The notes beneath the pieces are model-generated. The model did no database searches and was not told where the DNA came from. It saw only the letters and a list, made by a program, of their open reading frames with translations. Position numbers and translations under genes: made by a program. A stretch of 42,558 nucleotides of DNA, taken from positions 1 to 42,558 of the IMG/VR virus record IMGVR_UViG_3300030376_006202, one strand, 5' to 3'. The stretch's first letter is position 1; each line of letters opens with the position of its first letter. The stretch comes from a virus (taxonomy: Duplodnaviria; Caudoviricetes). This document shows positions 33,929 through 42,314 of this stretch, piece by piece.

Positions 33929-36001
33929 TTAGTTTGGCGCATTACCCTCTACGCCTAGTTCACCTGTAAACCCTGAAGAAACTGCGGGGGTCATAGCGGC
34001 CCCCTTTTGATCGCCACCTAAAAGAGCGGCAATGTCTGGTGCGCCCCCGGCTTCTCCTGGAAGGCCGGGAGGCATTGGTGCTTGATTTGGAGCAATTGCA
34101 GCTTGATGCTGCTGCAATAAAGACTCTAATTTTTGCTGCTGCTCTGGAGAGTAGTCTAAGAAAAACTTAGGGTCTCTCATGGCTTCTAGCAAAACACCAA
34201 TATGTTTTTGATGGTCCATCCACGCTCTAAAGAATGGTTCTCTTCCATCTCTAATTCTAAGGATGTTTATAGACGCAACTGCCTTATCTCCAGGCTCTTC
34301 AACATCAGTTAGCCTAGATGCGACAGGGGCTCCGAGGAGTAACTCAACAATAGCATCATTACGAGGATTGCTTTCCTGAAGCATTCCATTTGAAGCAAGT
34401 TGCATAATTGCGCTTCTAATTTGGTTTGGGTAAGACACAGCAGCAGAGCCGGGAACCATTCTAACTTCCAATAAGTTAAATGGAGTTCCGTCAAACTCAT
34501 AAACAGCAGCCTGTTGGTCCGACCCCATTAGGGCAAAGCGGTATCCAATCGGCAAATGGTCTTGGCAAAGTCGTACAAGGTGGGTCGCCTGGTGGCCTTG
34601 TGAGGCTTCGATTTCCTGCACAGTAGGAGCCATCGCGATCTGATTTTCTTGGAGCAATCTATCTAGATATGCCCCACTGTCTCCGCGACTTGGAGCACTG
34701 CCCCCTACAGGTGAAGATGTTAGGCTCAGCGACTCCAAATCAGCCATCGCATCAGATCTCATTTGATACAAATGCGGTGATATTTGAGGTGGAACCATAA
34801 AGGAAGGCTTTTCCTCACCATAAGGAACGTACTCATAAATCTCACCAGCACGACCCTGAAAGTTAGTATCGTTAGAACCATGCGGTTTTAACATTGGCGG
34901 GTCAGCAGTTCGTTCTGCTGCCCTAATTTCTATTTGTTCAACAAGGTCTAAGCGTTTTTGTGCCTCTCTTAGCACGTCAACTACGCAAAGTCCCCACCCT
35001 CTATCGGTAAATTGCCGATCTCTGTAGGTTGTATGGGGGTAATCGTTGTATGGTAGCCCATCTACTAGCTTAATTATCTGGTCTCCAGTGTAAACACACC
35101 TAAATCCGGCTTTATAGTCAAGGCCAAGGGCTTTTGACACAACTGGAGCGTGATAAAAGTCCCAAACCTCTACCATTGGCTGTGAAACAGAGCCGTTTGT
35201 GTCTCGTAGGCCAAATTGTTGGTCTACTTCCCTAAAAAGAAAGCCATCTTCGGGCTCGTAGTCCTTCGAAACCTTGCTTAGGTCTACATTTGGGAAGTAA
35301 ATCTCCATTAGGTCGTATGGAATTAGCTTTCTTTCGGCATAATTCATACATTGGCTAATTGTTAGGTGTCGCCAGTGTGGATCTGGGAAGAAATTAAACG
35401 GGTGAACAGACCGGATCTTAGGGATTCCGGTCTGGTACATAGATGTTTTTAAAGTTTTCTCTTCGTTAAACGGCATATCAACCAATGAAGGCTGATTAAA
35501 TTCATCTAATGACGGGACGTTCATTGTCGAGTACTGGGGATCTGCCCCCATGTATTCAATTTCTTCAACAAACTCACCAGAATTTGGATCCCATTGCGTG
35601 GCCCAAATTCCGTTTCCAAAAACCATCATATTCATCATGGCTGCATGTTTTGCGTATATGGTTTCTTTCTTTTCCCAGAAGTGAAGAATAAGACCGTTAG
35701 AAACTAAAGCTTTTTTGCGAGCATCTCTGTCATTTGTAGCGGGGATGCACTCAGGCATCATCCGTGGGGATACAAGCTTTGCATGGTATTTTCTAAGTTT
35801 ATCTTGGACCTGTGGGTTGCTAGATCTACCGCCCCCAAATGTCATTGGGCGCTGAGTTCTTGGGTCATACTCAATGTTGGTATAACCAGCAGCAAACGCA
35901 GCGTTTTCATACCACCTGTACTCAAGTGGTTTCCGTGCGTCTTTATTTCTTTTTACACACTTTTTAACGTAATCTAATACTTGGGAGTCTTTGTTTGCCA
36001 T
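33929..36001 (-). CDS. portal protein
   Basis: 690 aa downstream of TerL; VHPFNFFPDP and RGWGLCVVDVLREAQ segments; Pro/Gly/Gln-rich tail. Confidence 0.85.
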   Translation of the reverse strand: MANKDSQVLDYVKKCVKRNKDARKPLEYRWYENAAFAAGYTNIEYDPRTQRPMTFGGGRSSNPQVQDKLRKYHAKLVSPRMMPECIPATNDRDARKKALVSNGLILHFWEKKETIYAKHAAMMNMMVFGNGIWATQWDPNSGEFVEEIEYMGADPQYSTMNVPSLDEFNQPSLVDMPFNEEKTLKTSMYQTGIPKIRSVHPFNFFPDPHWRHLTISQCMNYAERKLIPYDLMEIYFPNVDLSKVSKDYEPEDGFLFREVDQQFGLRDTNGSVSQPMVEVWDFYHAPVVSKALGLDYKAGFRCVYTGDQIIKLVDGLPYNDYPHTTYRDRQFTDRGWGLCVVDVLREAQKRLDLVEQIEIRAAERTADPPMLKPHGSNDTNFQGRAGEIYEYVPYGEEKPSFMVPPQISPHLYQMRSDAMADLESLSLTSSPVGGSAPSRGDSGAYLDRLLQENQIAMAPTVQEIEASQGHQATHLVRLCQDHLPIGYRFALMGSDQQAAVYEFDGTPFNLLEVRMVPGSAAVSYPNQIRSAIMQLASNGMLQESNPRNDAIVELLLGAPVASRLTDVEEPGDKAVASINILRIRDGREPFFRAWMDHQKHIGVLLEAMRDPKFFLDYSPEQQQKLESLLQQHQAAIAPNQAPMPPGLPGEAGGAPDIAALLGGDQKGAAMTPAVSSGFTGELGVEGNAPN

Positions 36002-36002
36002 G

Positions 36003-36371
36003 TTATTCGTAAAACCCCAAAAGATTGTTTAGGCCATAATCTTGAGCCATAGGTTGCTGCTGGCCCATAACACTTATTCCTCTTGATGATTGAAAAGGGT
36101 TGGGCGAAGGCAATTGCAAAATTGGATCCTCGGGAGCATCTGCATATTGGGCTTCTGGCGGCTCGTCAAACATGCTGCCAATTAATGGTGCTAAAAATCC
36201 AATCCCTGCACCAAGCGCAGTAGCAAGACCACCATCCATAAATCCAAGAGAACCACTTATTGCAAGTCCAGCACCAGTGGCTCCTGCGGTCATGCCACCA
36301 ACAGTGCTTCCGGTATTATCAGGAGCGGAGTACCCAGTGATTTGCTGCGGTTTGTACGGATTAAAACTCAT
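36003..36371 (-). CDS. glycine-zipper hydrophobic protein (pilot/ejection-like, 122 aa)
   Basis: GGMTAGATGAGLAISGSLG...ALGAGIGFLAPLIG; TAATG coupling. Confidence 0.6.
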   Translation of the reverse strand: MSFNPYKPQQITGYSAPDNTGSTVGGMTAGATGAGLAISGSLGFMDGGLATALGAGIGFLAPLIGSMFDEPPEAQYADAPEDPILQLPSPNPFQSSRGISVMGQQQPMAQDYGLNNLLGFYE

Positions 36372-37123
36372 TAGTAGCCTACCATGTAAGGGTTAAATGC
36401 TTGATATGGCCCCTGTTGCATTTGGCGTTGTTGGTTAAGGTTTTGATATATGTTTGGCATTTGCTGCGGCATTTGTTGCGGCATTTGCTGTGGCATAAAC
36501 CCAGGAGGCACCATTTGCTGGCCCATTCCGCCCATCTGTTGCCGGTTTCTTCCGTAGCCCTCTAGTACTTGTTTAACTTTTGGAGCCATCCCAGCGGAAA
36601 ACTTTTTAAGCGTTTTAGGCTGAGGAAGGTTAATTTGTTTTTGGGCTTGTCTTTGTTGAGCTTGTCCTTGGGTCGGTTGGTTTTGCTGGCCCAAGGCCGG
36701 GCCAATTAACTTTAAGAACTCTTGTCCAATCGCAGTATAATCATCATCAGTGTAGTTTTGTACTTTTTCATAAAGCTCTTCTCCAAGTGGAATTACACTC
36801 TCTGACGAGCCTTGGGGAAGATAATTTTGTTTGGCTTTTTCACGTCGAGCCTTTTCAAGAGAGCTAAAGTCTTTATATTTAAAGGTTGGGTCTCCTGTCA
36901 TTGTTCTTTGGCTTTCTACTGGCCCCGGATCAAAATCTCCGGGACCGTACTGAGGATTAAAATTTCGAGCTTGATCAATTGGAAAATTAACAACATTTCC
37001 GGGAAAGCGCCTTGCTCTTTGAAAACCCTCTTCACTGTATCCAAGAGGCTCACCCGGCAATCCTCCGCGAAGATGAAAAGTAGACCTTCCGAAAGAGGGG
37101 TCGAATGCATTTGGTTCTGCCAT
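36371..37123 (-). CDS. Gln/Pro/Met-rich low-complexity protein (250 aa)
   Basis: GAGGT RBS; C-terminal PQQM repeats. Confidence 0.75.
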   Translation of the reverse strand: MAEPNAFDPSFGRSTFHLRGGLPGEPLGYSEEGFQRARRFPGNVVNFPIDQARNFNPQYGPGDFDPGPVESQRTMTGDPTFKYKDFSSLEKARREKAKQNYLPQGSSESVIPLGEELYEKVQNYTDDDYTAIGQEFLKLIGPALGQQNQPTQGQAQQRQAQKQINLPQPKTLKKFSAGMAPKVKQVLEGYGRNRQQMGGMGQQMVPPGFMPQQMPQQMPQQMPNIYQNLNQQRQMQQGPYQAFNPYMVGY

Positions 37124-37126
37124 AAT

Positions 37127-39211
37127 TTACCTCTGGATCCAAAAATTTAGCATTGAGTTTGAGTTGTTATGTTTATTCTTTTTATTATTTGCTTTAACGG
37201 TCGCCCTTAGATCAGCAAATGTCAAGACTTTAGGCTGCGCTTCCTTAACTGGCTTTCTACACTTTAAACAAATACCACCGGCTACCACTGCATGTGGGCA
37301 TTCTTTTTTTTCTTCAACAGGTTGATACATAACGCTTCCCATGTAGGGAAGCTGTCTACTTGCATAAATGCCAAGCATTAAACAAGTGACTTCATCATCG
37401 TGGTACCGCTCACCAGTAATTGGGTCTGTTCCATCCATAGCTTCAGGCAACATCCTAGAACTTTTCTTAACAAACACTTCAAGCTCTCTTAATGTGTTTG
37501 GGTTTTTAACTACACACATCCCTTGCTTAAAAAAGGCAGTAGCGGAGCTAACTGCCTCTGACTTACTTCGGCCAGTCATCCTCCAACCTAAGTACTTTGT
37601 TGGCGATTCATTTTGTATGTTGTCTGTATTCTTGCGTCTAAAAATGCGGTGTAGCGGGTAGCACGACCGGAACAGGGCTAATGCTGCCGCTCCACATGAG
37701 TTAACCTCGGGTATCTGCCAAGCCATGTTATAGTAGGCTCCTAAAGCAATAGCTTCAGATGCAGACTCTTCAGGGTAGCATTTCTCTCTAAAGTGAGCGA
37801 CTTGGGTAAGCTGCTCACCACGTTTATAAACATGGATAACATTGTAGTCGCATTGGGCGCTTTGCCCTTCTGCATAGTCAGATGACACAATGTATTCTTC
37901 GCCTGGTATTGGGTCTTCGTATATTTTTATAGGCCCAAAGCTTTCAGGGACAAACGTGAACATATTCGGGGAAACGGTGTATGTTTCTTTATTGACCTGA
38001 CTCATCATAGCGTCAGAATCAGGTTGCAGTGCCCTTCTTCCTTCTTTGGTGATTAACTCGCCACGAACAGGGTTAGGCTCTTCCTTTATTCTTTCTGACT
38101 GATTAACGACCTGACTCATGTCAAAGATCGTTAGCGTCGAAGACATAAACGCTTCGCGCCAATGTGTAGGATACTGGTTTTTAAATATCTTAGACTTACC
38201 GTCACAACGGTCTTGAATGGCCCATCTACGCCACTCAATCCAACCCATTGGGTTTAGCTTTTCATTCTCGGGCTCTTTGTTCCATCGAGGGACAATGTGG
38301 TTTGTTAGTAGATCAAACTCATCATCATCGAGGTTTAGTAAAGACGAATACTTCTCTAGGCCAGTGCCATCTTTTCGAGAATGGCACTGCATCCAATCAT
38401 AAAATAAGGCTTCGTTATCTTTATTAGGCTCTTGCCAGCACTGCTGTTCATCATCTAGCCAAGAAATAAACAGAGGCTCAAACTCAGACCTACCTGCTAC
38501 AGCCTCTTCCCATAAACGAGAATACGAGTCACCGCGACTTTCAGCGGTAGTATCAATTACGATAGCCCCTGTGTTCTTACGAACAGTAGGGAACATCTCT
38601 TTAATAATTGTGCTTTGATTACGGTACTTTGCAAACTCTGAGAGCAAAAGATACTGAATTGTAGCACCTGTTCTTGCTAGCGGAGTTCTCTCTGTAAAGA
38701 TCGAAATCGTAGAATTAAGCCCCCCGTATGGCTTAGCACCACCCCTTTCCCAGTTTAAAGTCTCTTGTTCAGGGATATCCCGTCTAAATTCCATGGGTTC
38801 TTTAAACGAACGAGAGTTACCCCAACGCTGTGGGCGGAGTGATGTGGGGTAGTTGCTATAGAATATATGGTTTCTTTTGTGGATCTCAGATGCCATATCA
38901 TCTAACTGAGCGCCAACAACTACGTTTGTATTCGGAGTTAAGGAGGCTTGCCTATAAGCATCCATAGAAAAGAACGTCGTAGAGCCAATACGACGTGCCT
39001 TGCAGACAACAATGCGCAGAAACCCACGACTGAACCACTGTCGGTTTACAGCCTCTGCTATGCGTCTTTGTACACGTCTTAGTTTAACCCTGGCTATAGG
39101 GCCTTCTTCAGGGGCGATATAAAGAGGAGCTACATCGTTTTCAGCAAAGAAAGAGATGTCGGCAAGACAATCTCTTTTAAACTTATCAATGTGCTCATTC
39201 TTTATTGCCAT
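37127..39211 (-). CDS. terL: terminase large subunit
   Basis: Walker A KARRIGST, Walker B LLLSE, coupling motif DTTA, nuclease SSDYAEG...HDD. Confidence 0.95.
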   Translation of the reverse strand: MAIKNEHIDKFKRDCLADISFFAENDVAPLYIAPEEGPIARVKLRRVQRRIAEAVNRQWFSRGFLRIVVCKARRIGSTTFFSMDAYRQASLTPNTNVVVGAQLDDMASEIHKRNHIFYSNYPTSLRPQRWGNSRSFKEPMEFRRDIPEQETLNWERGGAKPYGGLNSTISIFTERTPLARTGATIQYLLLSEFAKYRNQSTIIKEMFPTVRKNTGAIVIDTTAESRGDSYSRLWEEAVAGRSEFEPLFISWLDDEQQCWQEPNKDNEALFYDWMQCHSRKDGTGLEKYSSLLNLDDDEFDLLTNHIVPRWNKEPENEKLNPMGWIEWRRWAIQDRCDGKSKIFKNQYPTHWREAFMSSTLTIFDMSQVVNQSERIKEEPNPVRGELITKEGRRALQPDSDAMMSQVNKETYTVSPNMFTFVPESFGPIKIYEDPIPGEEYIVSSDYAEGQSAQCDYNVIHVYKRGEQLTQVAHFREKCYPEESASEAIALGAYYNMAWQIPEVNSCGAAALALFRSCYPLHRIFRRKNTDNIQNESPTKYLGWRMTGRSKSEAVSSATAFFKQGMCVVKNPNTLRELEVFVKKSSRMLPEAMDGTDPITGERYHDDEVTCLMLGIYASRQLPYMGSVMYQPVEEKKECPHAVVAGGICLKCRKPVKEAQPKVLTFADLRATVKANNKKNKHNNSNSMLNFWIQR

Positions 39212-39572
39212 ACATCTTCTCTAAAGCTGAAGGTAGGGATGTGTCCTCTTCGCTACTCACAACCGAGGGTCTAACGCTCTTATGTAATGGTTCTGAGCAG
39301 ATCAGACGACAAGCATCCCTAAATCCATCTTTAAACTGTTTAGATGCCATAAGTCTATCTTTTGGTGATAAATCGCTGTCACTCATTATTTCTGCCTCAA
39401 CTTTAGCAGCAGCAAAAGTAGCAGCAACTACAGCTCTAACAGAGACACCGTGGTCCCGCTCGGCTTCCCAAGCAAGCCCAGCAAACATAGCGTCCACAGT
39501 AGACTCAGGAAGATTACCCAGCTTAATCCCAAGAGTAACGGTATCCAATGCCTCATCTTTCTTTTTAGCCAT
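39195..39572 (-). CDS. putative terminase small subunit
   Basis: 125-aa helical protein overlapping the terL start; position only. Confidence 0.5.
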   Translation of the reverse strand: MAKKKDEALDTVTLGIKLGNLPESTVDAMFAGLAWEAERDHGVSVRAVVAATFAAAKVEAEIMSDSDLSPKDRLMASKQFKDGFRDACRLICSEPLHKSVRPSVVSSEEDTSLPSALEKMYGNKE

Positions 39573-40054
39573 TAAGCTTCAAACTCAAGCTGTACGACAG
39601 TGTAAGTCCCCGCAGTGGTGTCGGCCCAGGGGGCACCAGCGGCCTCTACGGCGTTATATGGGGGGGTGGTGGTGGAGTCCAGCACGTTGTCAAACTTTAA
39701 TAAGTCTGTGTACATGTTGGTTGCTCCCGCCCTGTCTCTAAAAGAAGCGTAGAAGTTTGTGTATAAGGCTTTTGATCTACTGGTCCCAAGCTCTTGGTCA
39801 TTAATATGAGTTATCACCACCGGGTGATCCCAAATGACCAAAAGGAAAGTAGGCGCTGTAAACTCCCGACTAATAGTCTCGCCAATTACGCCCTTAATAA
39901 AAGATTTAGTCTCAATGGACTTCCCCTTAACTTTAACGCCGTCAAATCGACGAATATCATTGGGTAAAGAATAGCTGGGGTTTGTCCCCGACTTGTTGCT
40001 AACAACAAGAGAAATCGCCAAACTTAAATAGTCCTGTACGTTAGATATTGCCAC
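39572..40054 (-). CDS. hypothetical protein, first gene of the late operon (160 aa)
   Basis: AGGAGG RBS before GTG; TAATG coupling to the next gene. Confidence 0.75.
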   Translation of the reverse strand: MAISNVQDYLSLAISLVVSNKSGTNPSYSLPNDIRRFDGVKVKGKSIETKSFIKGVIGETISREFTAPTFLLVIWDHPVVITHINDQELGTSRSKALYTNFYASFRDRAGATNMYTDLLKFDNVLDSTTTPPYNAVEAAGAPWADTTAGTYTVVQLEFEA

Positions 40055-40404
40055 AATGCCCTCCTAGCATAAGCCTCTCACAGGCTTCTCTATATAGCTT
40101 GTTAATATACTAATATGCCCTTGGCCCTCTAAGGGAGCCAAGGGCATTATATATATATACTTATATAGTACCCCATCCTGTGTCAACAACCAAAACGTTC
40201 ATTGCTTAAACCTAGCGGCGGTAATACTTTTCAGCGTTTATAAGCATGTAATTTCGCACTTTTTAATATTTATTAAATAATTGCCTTTCTACAGCCCTAA
40301 CCACTGCTGGCGTGTAGGAAAAAAGCACCCCCTGCAATTATGTCGGGAGACCTGTTTGGGCGTATTTAGTAGCATGTTTCTTTTAATAACCAAGGAGATT
40401 AAAG
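40055..40404. promoter_or_regulatory. divergent control region between the late (-) and early (+) arms
   Basis: Strand switch; AT-rich with TATATA tracts; 11-bp inverted repeat ATGCCCTTGGC/GCCAAGGGCAT (40115-40147). Confidence 0.6.
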
Positions 40405-40647
40405 ATGATTCAGTTTACAGCTATTAAAATGTTTAGAGAGGGGAAATGGGAAAGCATGCTAAAGGGCCATGACGGTAGTGGCACACTGATACTGGTGAAC
40501 CCCAAAGAGATCTCTAGCATCTCCGATGAGCCCCTTGCGAGTGGTGACCCTGCCTGCATCATTGCCATGACAAACGGGGACCAAATAGTGGCTGATGAGG
40601 CTGTTCATGCGGCTATTGAGGCTTTGGTGGAGTATGAGCTTTCTTAG
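40405..40647 (+). CDS. FlbD/SwrD-like small protein (80 aa)
   Basis: MIQFT...ILVNPKEISSI...IIAMTNGDQIVADE matches the FlbD pattern; AAGGAG RBS. Confidence 0.6.
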   Translation: MIQFTAIKMFREGKWESMLKGHDGSGTLILVNPKEISSISDEPLASGDPACIIAMTNGDQIVADEAVHAAIEALVEYELS

Positions 40648-40679
40648 GTTATGTATATAGGGATGTTAATAGATATATA

Positions 40680-41887
40680 GGGGGGTGTCACCTTGGGGGT
40701 GACTCCCTTACCTTCCCGTTACGCTTAAAGCAATACTTTGTATTGCTGCTCCACTAGAGGTGATTAATCCTTAAAACAATGGGTCCCTGGCCCATTGCTG
40801 GATTAACCCATTGTGCTATCTAGCTCAGGTCGAAGTTGATGGCTAATATGTCCCTAGTAGATCCAAGATACCAACCTACACATCCAGATACCAACCGCAA
40901 GCGGTCGGCTCTGCCTTGTGTGGTCGGCTCTTGTCTCTCCAGGCATAAAGCTTTGCGAACATAGTGGCACCCGCAGGAAGATCATGTACGCATTTAACCT
41001 CTTGCATTTCCCCTTACGCACACGTACACGCGCGAAGTTTTCGTCAAGGCCATTCTGCCCTTAACAATCCTTGACCAACTGGGCCAGTTGGAGGGCGTTC
41101 GCAACCTGCGGCCAGGTTGAACCCCTTCTCCGATGTACTATAGAGACCAGTTATGCCTCTCACTGGGCTCTATAGTACCAAAGCTAGATGCCCCTGCTAA
41201 CAGGGGTAACCTTCCTATGGGCCGACAAAAACAAGGGGTTGTTTTTACCGGTTTGCTTTGACTCTTAGCGCAGGAGCGCACGAGCCCGGTGACTGCCAGC
41301 GCCGGGTGCGAGAAGTGCTTGTTGTCACCTTTTATATTAGCTGATGCCAAGCCTTATTCTGATGCGGGCGTGTGCGCCCTCTACGGTGCCTATAGCACCT
41401 TAAGTTAGACGGGCCAAGGCTAACGCCTCTTGGCCTTCGATCTCTCTCTCTCTCTGTTTACTCATATTGTAGCCGAGTCACTCCGCCCGCAAGGACTCAA
41501 AATAAATGTTCGTGCGCGCGGTTCTGCTTTTGGCCTGTTAGAGAAACGGGGCCCTGCCCGTTGTATTTTTTGTCTCGACCTTCTGGCCCTCCGGGGGATG
41601 AGGCCAAAATGCTCACCGTGCTCCAAACATTTTTTTTGCCCGGTTCCCGGCAAGATTGTCTAGCATTCCCTGAGCCTATCCTCTTCCTTTGGAATTATAA
41701 AAGCGCTGTTGGTCCTAATGGGTCCCTGCCCATTAACCCTCTGGGCCTCCGGCGGGTTGCGCTCGTTTATAACTTCCAAAGCAATTCACCGCGAGCATAG
41801 GCTCAGGGAATCCTGTCAATCTAAGGACCTTGCGGTGCTCGCTTACCTCGGCTTCAATATTCTAAACAGCGCGAGAGAGCGCTACAA
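40680..41887 (+). ncRNA. candidate large structured RNA or structured control region
   Basis: 1.25 kb without a credible CDS; more than 15 hairpins plus long-range helices; strand inferred weakly from G-U pairs and flanking genes. Confidence 0.55.
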
Positions 41888-41901
41888 CCAAGGAGAACGT
41901 T

Positions 41902-42231
41902 ATGTTTAAGAGTTTAGAAGAGCAGATCATGGAAGTACTTACAGCAACCTTTAGCAAGGACGCAACCGAAGCAGCACTTGATGCCCTCTACGGTAAATAC
42001 CTGGGTGCTATGAAACAAGTTGCTATCGAACGATATCGTGGGAGCACTACCCACAACCGGGACGTCTTCGGTGCAATGGACCACGCGCACTGCCACTTCA
42101 TGGAGTGCGTGGAGTTAGTGATTCGGGACATACAAGCCCGTTGCGACTTCGTCAATTATATTTCTCAAGAAGCCAATACGGAAGAGGAGTACGACGAGTT
42201 TGTCCTCGCGATGCACGACACCCTCCACTAG
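41902..42231 (+). CDS. hypothetical early protein (109 aa)
   Basis: AAGGAG RBS; helical composition. Confidence 0.8.
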   Translation: MFKSLEEQIMEVLTATFSKDATEAALDALYGKYLGAMKQVAIERYRGSTTHNRDVFGAMDHAHCHFMECVELVIRDIQARCDFVNYISQEANTEEEYDEFVLAMHDTLH

Positions 42232-42263
42232 TTGGTGCCCACCCCGTTAAACTACAAAGGAAT

Positions 42264-42300
42264 ACCCCGGCGTCATGGTGGCGTCGGGGTTTACTATTTC
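42264..42300 (+). terminator. intergenic hairpin, weak terminator or processing site
   Basis: ACCCCGGCGTCA-TGG-TGGCGTCGGGGT (12 bp, 2 G-U) followed by TTACTATTTC. Confidence 0.55.
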
Positions 42301-42314
42301 AAAAGGAGAATACG

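Noticed and set aside
41370-41890. Group II intron (GTGCGCCC at about 41372)
   Set aside because: No domain V or branch-point domain VI visible, no interrupted gene, no reverse transcriptase
41138-41909. Short ORFs in the large intergenic region
   Set aside because: Mostly TTG starts, no RBS, mutually overlapping, and better explained by GC-rich structured sequence
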